A DNA stretch of 64,000 bases, taken from NCBI GenBank assembly GCA_029245795.1, contig JAQWOP010000003.1, positions 24,633 to 88,632 on the forward strand. Direction: 5' to 3'. The notes under the pieces are model-generated. The model ran no database searches. It was not told where the DNA came from and was given only the letters and a program-made list of their open reading frames with translations. The position numbers and the translations under genes were made by a program. Each line of letters starts with the position of its first letter. Positions within the stretch are counted from its first letter, which is position 1. Positions 9,555-17,516 of this stretch are shown piece by piece. The stretch is from Hyphomicrobiales bacterium. GTDB lineage: Bacteria > Pseudomonadota > Alphaproteobacteria > Rhizobiales > TMED25.

Positions 9555-11343
9555 AATCTAGTATCTTAATTTCTTTAGCTTGTGTTTCTATGTATGTAAA
9601 TTTTTGCATATCCCAAGCACCAGTAGGACATCTCTCAGCACATAACCCACAGTGAAGACACATATCTTCATCTTTTGCCATTATGCGACCTGTTTTTAAA
9701 TTATCTGATATATATAAGTCCTGATTTAAATTAATTGCAGGAACCCTTAGACTTTTTCTCAAAGAATCTTCATCTTCATTTTGAATAAAATTAATACAAT
9801 CAACTGGGCATATATCTGTACATGCATCACACTCAATACATAAGTTTTCAGTAAATATCGTTTGGATATCACAGTTTAAGCATCTGCTTGCTTCATCCAA
9901 TGCAAGTTTTTCATCATAACCAAGTTCTACTTCAACATTTATATTATTCAATGCAAGTTTATGATCTGCATGAGGAACTGCAAATCTATTTGAGTTTGAT
10001 ATGTCATTTGGATAAGACCATTCATGTATTCCCATTTTTTGGCTCATTAGATTGGTAATTGGGTCAGGTCTGTCCAATAAATCTGTATTATTACAATAAT
10101 TATCTATTGAAATTGCAGCTTGATGCCCGTGCGCAACTGCCCAAATTATATTTTCTGGCCCCCAAGCGGCATCTCCTCCAAAAAAAACATTAGATAATGT
10201 TGATTGAAATGTGGTTTTGTCAACAATCGGTTGGCCCCATTCATTGAAATTAATACCAACATCTTTTTCTATCCAAGGAAATGCATTTTCTTGTCCAATA
10301 GCTAGAATTACATCATCGCATTCAAACAAAACAGGTTCATCACCTGATGGTTTTAAGGTTCTTTTTCCATTATCATCATAATGAGCAACCATCTTTTCAA
10401 AAATTACACCTTTTAATTTGCCTTTATCAATTACGAACTCTTTAGGTGAATGATTATCAAAAATGGGAACACCTTCTAATTCTGCCTCTTCTATTTCCCA
10501 ATCTGAGGCTTTCATATCTGCTTTAGGACTCCTTACTGTAACTTTAACATCCAGACCGCCTAGTCTTAATGAAGTTCTGCAACAGTCCATTGCCGTATTA
10601 CCACCACCAATAACAATAACTCTTTTCCCAATTTTATCTGTATGTTTAAATGCTACACTCGTTAACCAATCTATTCCAATATGAATATTTTCAATTGATT
10701 CATATCTATTTTTGATATTGAGATCTTTTCCTTTGGGGGCTCCAGTACCAATAAATATAGCATCATAATTTCTGTTCAATATATTTTTTAGGCTTGTAAT
10801 TTCTTCATTAAATTTTCTAATAATTCCAAAATCTAATATTCTATCAACTTCTTCATCTATCACGCCTTCAGGCAATCTAAAAGAGGGTATATTTGTTCTC
10901 ATTAAACCCCCAGCTTTAGGGTCCTTTTCATATATTGTGCATTCGTAACCAAGTGGCATCAAATCGCGAGCTACAGTAAGAGATGCTGGGCCGCCTCCGA
11001 TTAAAACAATTTTTTTACCGTTTTTTACTTTAGGTATTTCGGGCAAATAGGAATCTACATTATTTTTATTATCTGCCGCTGCTCTTTTTAATCTACATAT
11101 TGCAACAGGTTTTTCTTCAACTCTTACCCTTCTGCAAGCAGGTTCGCATGGTCGATCGCATGTTCTTCCTAAAACGCCAGGAAAAACATTTGATTCCCAA
11201 TTAACCATATACGCCTCTGTATATTTTCTTTGGGCAATTAATCTAATATATTCGGGAACAGGGGTATGTGCTGGACAAGCCCATTGGCAATCAACTACTT
11301 TATGAAAATAATTAGGGTTTTTTATGTCTGTAGGTTTCATCAT
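9544..11343 (-). CDS. GltD/NfnB-like NAD(P)H flavoprotein fused to a C-terminal 2x[4Fe-4S] ferredoxin domain (KorC-like third subunit)
   Basis: N-terminal Fe-S cysteines (QWACPAHTP, RTCDRPCEPAC). Two Rossmann motifs (LIGGGPASLTVA, VIGGGNTAMDCC). Ferredoxin motifs CIECDACTDICP and CLHCGLCAERCP. The track ORF starts at a TTG at 11415, but its first 24 codons (MNIYFILISIINLRIGKWFISIPK) look like spurious AT-rich read-through, so I start at the MMKPTD Met pair (11343/11340). Confidence 0.8.
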   Translation of the reverse strand: MMKPTDIKNPNYFHKVVDCQWACPAHTPVPEYIRLIAQRKYTEAYMVNWESNVFPGVLGRTCDRPCEPACRRVRVEEKPVAICRLKRAAADNKNNVDSYLPEIPKVKNGKKIVLIGGGPASLTVARDLMPLGYECTIYEKDPKAGGLMRTNIPSFRLPEGVIDEEVDRILDFGIIRKFNEEITSLKNILNRNYDAIFIGTGAPKGKDLNIKNRYESIENIHIGIDWLTSVAFKHTDKIGKRVIVIGGGNTAMDCCRTSLRLGGLDVKVTVRSPKADMKASDWEIEEAELEGVPIFDNHSPKEFVIDKGKLKGVIFEKMVAHYDDNGKRTLKPSGDEPVLFECDDVILAIGQENAFPWIEKDVGINFNEWGQPIVDKTTFQSTLSNVFFGGDAAWGPENIIWAVAHGHQAAISIDNYCNNTDLLDRPDPITNLMSQKMGIHEWSYPNDISNSNRFAVPHADHKLALNNINVEVELGYDEKLALDEASRCLNCDIQTIFTENLCIECDACTDICPVDCINFIQNEDEDSLRKSLRVPAINLNQDLYISDNLKTGRIMAKDEDMCLHCGLCAERCPTGAWDMQKFTYIETQAKEIKILDYVE

Positions 11344-11465
11344 TTTTGGAATGCTAATAAACCACTTACCAATTCTTAAATTTATTATAGATATTAAAAT
11401 AAAATAGATATTCAAATTATAATAATTCTGATTCTAATATAATCATATAAAATAAGTTATCAATA

Positions 11466-11496
11466 GTAAATTTCATGTAAATTTCATGTAAATTTC
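11466..11496. repeat. 11-bp tandem direct repeat (GTAAATTTCAT x 2.8)
   Basis: Read directly: gtaaatttcat gtaaatttcat gtaaatttc(t). It lies in the 253-nt divergent region between the korC-like gene (-) and the first Gfo/Idh/MocA gene (+). Confidence 0.75.
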
Positions 11497-11596
11497 TTTA
11501 AAACTTTATGGATGTTTTATTTATATTTATAATTTTCACATGGACAATAATTCTAAATATAGATATATATTTATTAACAAATATAGGGGAGATTTT

Positions 11597-12655
11597 ATGG
11601 ATAGATTAAATGTGGGTATTATTGGAACTGGATGGTGCGGTGGTATTCGCGCTGAGGCTAGTGCTAAAAATGGTTTAGTAGATCAGTTACATATCGCTGA
11701 AATTAGGGAAGATAGACTAAAAGAAGTAAGTGCGCTTACTAACCCAGTCACAGCAACTACGGATTACAAAGAATTAATCAATAATGACGATATACACGCA
11801 ATCATGATCTCAACAACTCCTGAAAGCACTCACTATTCGATAGCTAAAGACGCTCTTGAAGCAGGAAAGCATGTGTTGCTTGAAAAACCAATTGCAAGAA
11901 CTTTAACGGAAGCTGATGAATTAATCAAAATAGCTGAAGAAAATAAGTTACAATTTACAATAGGATATTCACAAAGATTTCGTTCTAAGTACGCTTATGT
12001 CCGTGAAAAATTTTTAGATGGAACTCTTGGTGAGCCTGTAAGTGTTCTTATTACAAGAAATATTACAACATCATTGTCCAAGAGAATAGTTGGTAGAACG
12101 CGTCTTTCTCCGGCAGCTATGGAAGCCACTCATGACCTTGACTATGCTCTCTGGGTATTAGCTCCGAGAAAACCTATTCGTGTTTACTCCCAACAAGTCG
12201 AAAAAGTTCTTATCAAGGATGCAAATTCAGCTGACTGTCAATTTATTATGGTCACTCTTGATGATGGGACAGTTGTTACAGTTGGAGCTGGTTGGGTTTT
12301 GCCTCCAAGTTATCCAAATTATTCATCCACTAAGATGGAATTTATTGGATCAAAGGGTGCAATTATGGTAGATGATAGTCATAGTGATGTTACTATAATG
12401 ACAGGGGATAGGGGTATTGAATATCCAATGTCATCTATGCCAGGAGAGCCAGTGGCTCACGTAAATGCTGGTCCAATGGCAGAAGAAACAAATAATTTCA
12501 TTAATGCGATATTATTCAATAAACCGGTAGTTGTTAAACCTCAGGAAGCTAGAGTTGTTATGGAATTATATCAGGCAGCTGATTTATCAGCTGAAAGAGG
12601 AGAACCAGTTACTCTTCCGATGAATATAGACCCACTTGATCAGGAGCAAAATTAA
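11597..12655 (+). CDS. Gfo/Idh/MocA-family NAD(P)-dependent oxidoreductase (paralogue 1)
   Basis: Rossmann GIIGTGWCGGIRAE, LLEKPIA, GYSQRFRSKY. The track ORF starts at 11540, but ATG 11597 is preceded by the GGGGAG Shine-Dalgarno sequence and gives the canonical N-terminus MDRLNVGIIG. Confidence 0.85.
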   Translation: MDRLNVGIIGTGWCGGIRAEASAKNGLVDQLHIAEIREDRLKEVSALTNPVTATTDYKELINNDDIHAIMISTTPESTHYSIAKDALEAGKHVLLEKPIARTLTEADELIKIAEENKLQFTIGYSQRFRSKYAYVREKFLDGTLGEPVSVLITRNITTSLSKRIVGRTRLSPAAMEATHDLDYALWVLAPRKPIRVYSQQVEKVLIKDANSADCQFIMVTLDDGTVVTVGAGWVLPPSYPNYSSTKMEFIGSKGAIMVDDSHSDVTIMTGDRGIEYPMSSMPGEPVAHVNAGPMAEETNNFINAILFNKPVVVKPQEARVVMELYQAADLSAERGEPVTLPMNIDPLDQEQN

Positions 12656-13762
12656 ATGAAAGATATAGGATTAGCTGTAATTGGCTGTGGCACAATTGGA
12701 AGAATAAGAGCGGAATTAGCAAGAGATTACCCCGGTATAAAGTGGCTTGGGTTATGTGATATTAGGAAGGATGCTGCTGAAAAATTATCTGCGGACTGTA
12801 AGGCAGATTTTTATACAACAGATTTTAATGAACTATTAAATAGAAGCGAAGTTGATGCTGTTATAATTGCTACAGAAGAGAACGCTCATGTAGAACCTAC
12901 TTTAAAGGCTATAGAGATGGGCCACTCTTTATTTATTGAAAAACCGTTAGCTACCAACCCACAGGACTCTAGAAAGATTATAGATGCAATTGAAAGCAAT
13001 AATATTGATACTGCGATGGGGTATACTAATCGTTTTAGAAGAAGATTTCTTGCAGTTAAGGAGAGGCTAACTACTGGTCAAATTGGTCATGTACATTCTG
13101 TTGTAACAAGAGCCTTTATGAATAAAATGGTTCCAATAGCAACTATAAATAAAACAAATGACCGGCAGAATTTAACTCCTATGGTTGTTTCAGGTACGCA
13201 TAGTCTTGATATGTCAATGTGGTTAATGGAAGGTAAGAAACCAGTTAGTGTTTATGCAAAGTCAGTTGAAAATGTTCTAAGTCAATGGGGAACTAAAGAT
13301 TCTACTTTTGGGATATTTACAATGGACGATGGAACAATTTGGAGTATGAATATATCATGGGCATTGCCAGAGGTATGGCCTGGTTCTGTTTATGGACTTG
13401 AAATTGGTATTGTTGGTTCTGAGGGTGTTATTGATATTGAGGACACACATCGTGATTTAGTCCTTGCTTCAAATATTCCACAAGGAGCTGGATATACTTC
13501 TCGTGATTACGCACCGCCACAAGGAAGGCATGTTGATTTTCTTACAAGTTATCCAGCTGGAGATATCCAAGGCGGTCAATTTTGGGGTCCAATGAGAGAA
13601 GAGACAAACACTTGGTACACTAAATTATGCACTGGACAAAGCACTCCTCACGCTACAGCTCAAGATGGACACAGAAACCTTTTAATGACTATGGCAATGG
13701 ATCTATCTGCAAAAGAGGGTAAGGAAATTATCCTACCTGATAGAATGGATGATATATTCTAA
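12656..13762 (+). CDS. Gfo/Idh/MocA-family NAD(P)-dependent oxidoreductase (paralogue 2)
   Basis: VIGCGTIGRIRAE, FIEKPLA, GYTNRFRRRF. Its ATG directly abuts the upstream TAA (TAAATG). It is visibly paralogous to the upstream gene and to 62073..63149. Confidence 0.85.
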   Translation: MKDIGLAVIGCGTIGRIRAELARDYPGIKWLGLCDIRKDAAEKLSADCKADFYTTDFNELLNRSEVDAVIIATEENAHVEPTLKAIEMGHSLFIEKPLATNPQDSRKIIDAIESNNIDTAMGYTNRFRRRFLAVKERLTTGQIGHVHSVVTRAFMNKMVPIATINKTNDRQNLTPMVVSGTHSLDMSMWLMEGKKPVSVYAKSVENVLSQWGTKDSTFGIFTMDDGTIWSMNISWALPEVWPGSVYGLEIGIVGSEGVIDIEDTHRDLVLASNIPQGAGYTSRDYAPPQGRHVDFLTSYPAGDIQGGQFWGPMREETNTWYTKLCTGQSTPHATAQDGHRNLLMTMAMDLSAKEGKEIILPDRMDDIF

Positions 13763-13763
13763 T

Positions 13764-14690
13764 TTATAAAGCATTAAAGAATTTCTTTTGAATTTCTTCA
13801 GGTATTTTCTTTAATTCTGGCAATGAAGATTTTAAGGAAATCCTTTTCATTTCCATTCTTACCTCTTTATCCATCTCTTGAATTTTTGTTCCCTTTTCCT
13901 TTAAGTGTTCCAAGCATCTTGCATCTTCATCAAATGCAAGTTTCCTCTGAAATTTAGTAGCTTTTTTAATGGCATTTGAAAGATTTGTTTTAAATGAATC
14001 TGGCCAAGATTGGTATTTTTGCTTATTTGATAATAGAATAGACGTTCCAAATAAATGGGATGTCATTGTTATATAGGGATGATAATCTTCAATCCCATAA
14101 TTTATAATATTTGTAAGCGGGTTTTCCTGCGTATCAACTTCATTATTAATTATGGCATTTTGTAATTGTTTAACATCAACAAATTTTGTTTTGAATCCAA
14201 GATTTTCAAATACTATTTTATGCATCTCGTTTTTCGCAATCCGAATTGTAGATTTTTTGCAATCTTCTAATGATCTAATATGAATTTTATTAGAGCTCAT
14301 ATGGCGTATACCATTATCCCACCAGCCCAACACTTTGTAGCCAGAATTATTTTCAATCTTTTCAGATAAATATTGGCCAATCTCAGAATCTAGAATTTGA
14401 TAAATATGCCTTCTTGAAGATATTTGGAATGGGATTTCAAATAAATTTAATTCTCTAGCTCGATCGGTTAAGTAACTAGAATAAAAATAGCAGCAGTCAA
14501 TCTCACCAGTCTCTACAAGTCTCAAAAGATCTAATGCATTATATTTTAAATCACCTATATCCGAAACAAATTTAAAATCTAACTCACTGCCATATATTTT
14601 TTTTAATTCATTCTTAATAAATAATATACTTTGTGCTTGTACTGATTTCTCAGGATGATATCCAGCCCAATATATTTTATATTTTGACAA
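13764..14690 (-). CDS. DctP-family (TRAP-type solute-binding protein fold) homologue without a signal peptide
   Basis: The DctP pattern runs along the whole length: LVETGEIDCCYF, LFEIPFQ, VLGWWDNGIRHMS, SLEDCKKSTIRI, VDTQENPLTNI, MTSHLFG. It has a TTG start (14690) with AAGGA 6 nt upstream and an in-frame TAA 4 codons upstream. The N-terminus MSKYKIYWAGYHPEKS has no leader. Confidence 0.75.
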   Translation of the reverse strand: MSKYKIYWAGYHPEKSVQAQSILFIKNELKKIYGSELDFKFVSDIGDLKYNALDLLRLVETGEIDCCYFYSSYLTDRARELNLFEIPFQISSRRHIYQILDSEIGQYLSEKIENNSGYKVLGWWDNGIRHMSSNKIHIRSLEDCKKSTIRIAKNEMHKIVFENLGFKTKFVDVKQLQNAIINNEVDTQENPLTNIINYGIEDYHPYITMTSHLFGTSILLSNKQKYQSWPDSFKTNLSNAIKKATKFQRKLAFDEDARCLEHLKEKGTKIQEMDKEVRMEMKRISLKSSLPELKKIPEEIQKKFFNAL

Positions 14691-14719
14691 AAAAATTCCT
14701 TACATTGGTTGTTAATTAA

Positions 14720-15607
14720 TCAGTCTAATAAATTGTAATATTCAAGAAAAAGTTTTGTAAAGTCTGTATCCTTAAGGTCCTTCTTGACAGCAGATTCTAG
14801 TATTTCAGTTGTTAGATTACCATAAGGACATTTTACCTCCATCTTATTCAGCAGTGAGGTTACCATATTAAGATCCTTATATAGATTGGATACTCGAGAT
14901 CTTCCGTCCCATGTTTCTGATAATATATGATTTGGAAATCTAGCTTCAGATATATAACTTCTTGCATTGCCCGAATTAAAGACTTCAATTACTTTTTTTG
15001 GATTTATTCCAAGTACTTCGGCACTTCTCACAGCTTCCACTGTTGTCAGGAAAATACTGTGTGTAGCCATATTATGAATCAATTTAAGAGCATGTCCAGA
15101 TCCAGTTTTACCCACATGAAATATATTATTTGTAAAAGATTTGAGAATTGGTTTAACTTTTTCGATTATTTCGTTCTCGCCACCAATCATTAATGTTAGA
15201 GTTCCTTTGTCTGCTCCTGATGCTCCTCCAGTCATTCCACAATCTAAATAGTAGATACCTTTTTCAGAGAGATCTTTGGAGAGCTTTAGGCTATCTTCAG
15301 GGTTTGATGTTGTTAAATCAATTACAACGGATCCTTTTTTAATTTTAAGAATAGTATCATTTGTAAAAAGAAAGTCTTTTATTTCTTTTGTGCTTGGAAC
15401 AATGAAGATGAATACATCACAAGATTGGACACTATTAGATAGGTGATTAATTATTAAATCATTTCTTCCATCGAATTCAGAAAGTGCTTCCAAATTAGTA
15501 TCAAATAATGATTTAAGCATTCCAACTTTATCAATATTCTTTGATATCCCGAGACCCATTTGCCCGATACCAATAACAGATGTATTTATGTATTTAGGAG
15601 CTGTCAT
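14720..15607 (-). CDS. Beta-hydroxyacid dehydrogenase (3-hydroxyisobutyrate / tartronate-semialdehyde reductase family)
   Basis: 295 aa. VIGIGQMGLGISKNI, CGMTGGASGADKGTLTLMIGG, GSGHALKLIHN. The ATGA overlap with the upstream cupin gene indicates translational coupling. Confidence 0.85.
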   Translation of the reverse strand: MTAPKYINTSVIGIGQMGLGISKNIDKVGMLKSLFDTNLEALSEFDGRNDLIINHLSNSVQSCDVFIFIVPSTKEIKDFLFTNDTILKIKKGSVVIDLTTSNPEDSLKLSKDLSEKGIYYLDCGMTGGASGADKGTLTLMIGGENEIIEKVKPILKSFTNNIFHVGKTGSGHALKLIHNMATHSIFLTTVEAVRSAEVLGINPKKVIEVFNSGNARSYISEARFPNHILSETWDGRSRVSNLYKDLNMVTSLLNKMEVKCPYGNLTTEILESAVKKDLKDTDFTKLFLEYYNLLD

Positions 15608-16011
15608 TTAGTTACCTTATCTCCAGAAGATAGATGTTGGACTGTTTCTCCTGTTTCTGTAAAAGTTCTGGTAACATTAGTTTCTCCATATATCCAAAAT
15701 ATAGTAAGAGGTTCATCACCAATATTATTAAATCTATGGGGAACATTCGCTGGGATAAATGAATTATCCATTGCTTTTAATTTCGTTTTAACACCACCTG
15801 ATTCAACTTCACCATAACCAGAAATTATTAAAACTTGTTCACAACAATTGTGACTGTGCATCGGGGCTGCTCTTCCGGTTGGGAATGTTGTAAATCCTGA
15901 GGTAAAGATTGTTCCTTCTGCATTATTTTTTCCATATAATAATGCTGTTGAAACTCCGTCTCCACGATCAAAATTCGGTCTATCTTCAAATTTAATAATA
16001 TTTGCAGTCAT
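15604..16011 (-). CDS. Small metal-binding cupin-domain protein
   Basis: 135 aa. Cupin motif 1 is HSHNCCEQVLIISG (HxHxxxE-x6-G) and motif 2 is PANVPHRFNN. AAGGAGA Shine-Dalgarno sequence upstream. Confidence 0.8.
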   Translation of the reverse strand: MTANIIKFEDRPNFDRGDGVSTALLYGKNNAEGTIFTSGFTTFPTGRAAPMHSHNCCEQVLIISGYGEVESGGVKTKLKAMDNSFIPANVPHRFNNIGDEPLTIFWIYGETNVTRTFTETGETVQHLSSGDKVTK

Positions 16012-16034
16012 TTTTTATTCTCCTTTATATTTTT

Positions 16035-16325
16035 TTAAGAACCTTCAACAAATATGATTTCAACATCACCTGCGCCATTTCTACGGTGTACTGCTGCATT
16101 TTTATATTCATCAGAATTGAAGCAATCATTAGCCATTTGCATATTTGGAAATTCTGCAATTACAAATCTTGTATAATGGTCTGTGCCTTCCATAATTTTA
16201 TAATCTCCTCCTCTTGCAAGAAAACTACCACCGTATTTCTCCACAATACCACCTGCTTTATCGGCGTACTTTTTATAAGATTTTTCATCTACAACTTTTG
16301 CTCTAGCAATCCAATATGCAACCAT
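16035..16325 (-). CDS. DUF1330-like small protein
   Basis: 96 aa. MVAYWIARAKVVDEKSYKKYA...FLARGG...IAEFPNMQMA resembles the DUF1330 (dimeric alpha-beta barrel) pattern as I remember it. Unverified. Confidence 0.6.
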   Translation of the reverse strand: MVAYWIARAKVVDEKSYKKYADKAGGIVEKYGGSFLARGGDYKIMEGTDHYTRFVIAEFPNMQMANDCFNSDEYKNAAVHRRNGAGDVEIIFVEGS

Positions 16326-16387
16326 TTATTTATTTCCTATTATTGAATTTTAGAATATCATTAAATAACAAAATAATAAATAAATTC

Positions 16388-16418
16388 ATATCTAGATTTT
16401 TTTATTTTTAGATATAAT
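16388..16418 (+). promoter_or_regulatory. Inverted repeat ATATCTA-N14-TAGATAT overlapping a TATAAT box upstream of the Ldh_2 gene
   Basis: Arms at 16388..16394 and 16409..16415. TATAAT at 16413..16418, 23 nt before the ATG at 16441, with AAGGA at 16431..16435. The context is AT-rich, so chance cannot be excluded. Confidence 0.3.
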
Positions 16419-16440
16419 TTTTCAAGACAAAGGATTTACA

Positions 16441-17499
16441 ATGGTTGAGAAATTTAAACATATAAGTGGAAGTCATTTAAAAGGATATATAAACAATGTA
16501 TTACTCAAAGTAGGGCTTCCAGAAAATGATAGTGACATTATTGCGGGTTTAATGTCAGAGGCTGATATGATTGGGAGTGATGCGCACGGTGTATTTAGGT
16601 TACCTCAATATGTTAAAAGATTAGTGGCGGGAGGTATTAATAAAGTACCAAATATTAAAATAGAAAAAGAAAAGAGTGCAATGGCTGTTCTAAATGGCGA
16701 TAATGCCATGGGCCATTTAGTTATGGAAAAAGCTGCTAATATAGCAGTCGCAAAAGCAAAAGAGAATGGTGTAGCATGGGTTGGTGCGAATTCTTCCAAT
16801 CATGCAGGTCCTGCTTCATTATATGCAAGAATACCCCTAAAAGACAATATGATTGGAATATATGTTGCTGTTGGTAGTTCAAATCATGTTCCGCCATGGG
16901 GAGGGAAAGATCTTTTACTTTCAACAAATCCTATTGCTATTACCGTACCAAGCAATGAGAGGCCTCCAATTATATTAGATATGGCAACCACTGTTGCTGC
17001 ATATGGAAAGGTAAAAGAAAAGATTCAAAGAAATGAAGAAATGCCGGTTGGTTGGATGATAGATAAAGAAGGAAAACCTCTTACCGACCCCTCAAAATCA
17101 AGTGAAGGTTTTTTATTACCAATAGGTGAAGCAAAAGGTTATGGATTAGCTTTGATGTTTGGTATATTAGCGGGAACTCTTAATGGCGCAGCATTTGGCA
17201 AGGCGGTAGTTGATTTTAATGCAGACGCTACAAGTTTTACAAATACAGGACATTTTATAATTGCTATAGATATAGCCGCATTTATAGATGTTGATTTATT
17301 TAAGAATAATATAGATGAGGTTTGGAAACAAATGAAGGGTTCTAAACTACTTCCTGGATTTGATGAGATAAGACTCCCAGGAGAAAGATCTCATAAAATA
17401 TATCAGGAGAGAAAAGCAAACGGTGTTCCCATTCACAGTAATCTCAAAAATGCCCTTGATAAGATTTCAAACGAACTTAATATAGAAAAAATATATTAA
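16441..17499 (+). CDS. Ldh_2-family (malate/L-lactate/sulfolactate/ureidoglycolate-type) NAD(P)H oxidoreductase
   Basis: 352 aa. DAHGVFRLPQYVKRL, NSSNHAGPASLYA, LLSTNPIAITVP, TTVAAYGKVKE. Confidence 0.85.
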   Translation: MVEKFKHISGSHLKGYINNVLLKVGLPENDSDIIAGLMSEADMIGSDAHGVFRLPQYVKRLVAGGINKVPNIKIEKEKSAMAVLNGDNAMGHLVMEKAANIAVAKAKENGVAWVGANSSNHAGPASLYARIPLKDNMIGIYVAVGSSNHVPPWGGKDLLLSTNPIAITVPSNERPPIILDMATTVAAYGKVKEKIQRNEEMPVGWMIDKEGKPLTDPSKSSEGFLLPIGEAKGYGLALMFGILAGTLNGAAFGKAVVDFNADATSFTNTGHFIIAIDIAAFIDVDLFKNNIDEVWKQMKGSKLLPGFDEIRLPGERSHKIYQERKANGVPIHSNLKNALDKISNELNIEKIY

Positions 17500-17516
17500 T
17501 TATTTGGTGTTTTTGT

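Noticed and set aside
11344-11415. N-terminal extensions given by the longest-ORF track: korC-like 11415; Gfo 11540; rpsD 39189; dksA 30200; coxS 46356; folE 56372; DUF3126 55054; CMD 63246
   Set aside because: The extensions start at TTG or at upstream ATGs and encode hydrophobic or AT-driven junk. They also swallow an obvious Shine-Dalgarno sequence (GGAGGA, GGGGAG, AAGGTG) that sits at the proper distance from an internal ATG giving the canonical family N-terminus.
15604-16011. Cupin as a DddK/DddQ-type DMSP lyase (attractive for a SAR11-like genome)
   Set aside because: The motif here is HSHNCCEQV (HxHxxxE, with no following Tyr). The cupin DMSP lyases, as I recall, have HxHxxxxExY with a catalytic Tyr. 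Overall sequence does not resemble DddK as I remember it.
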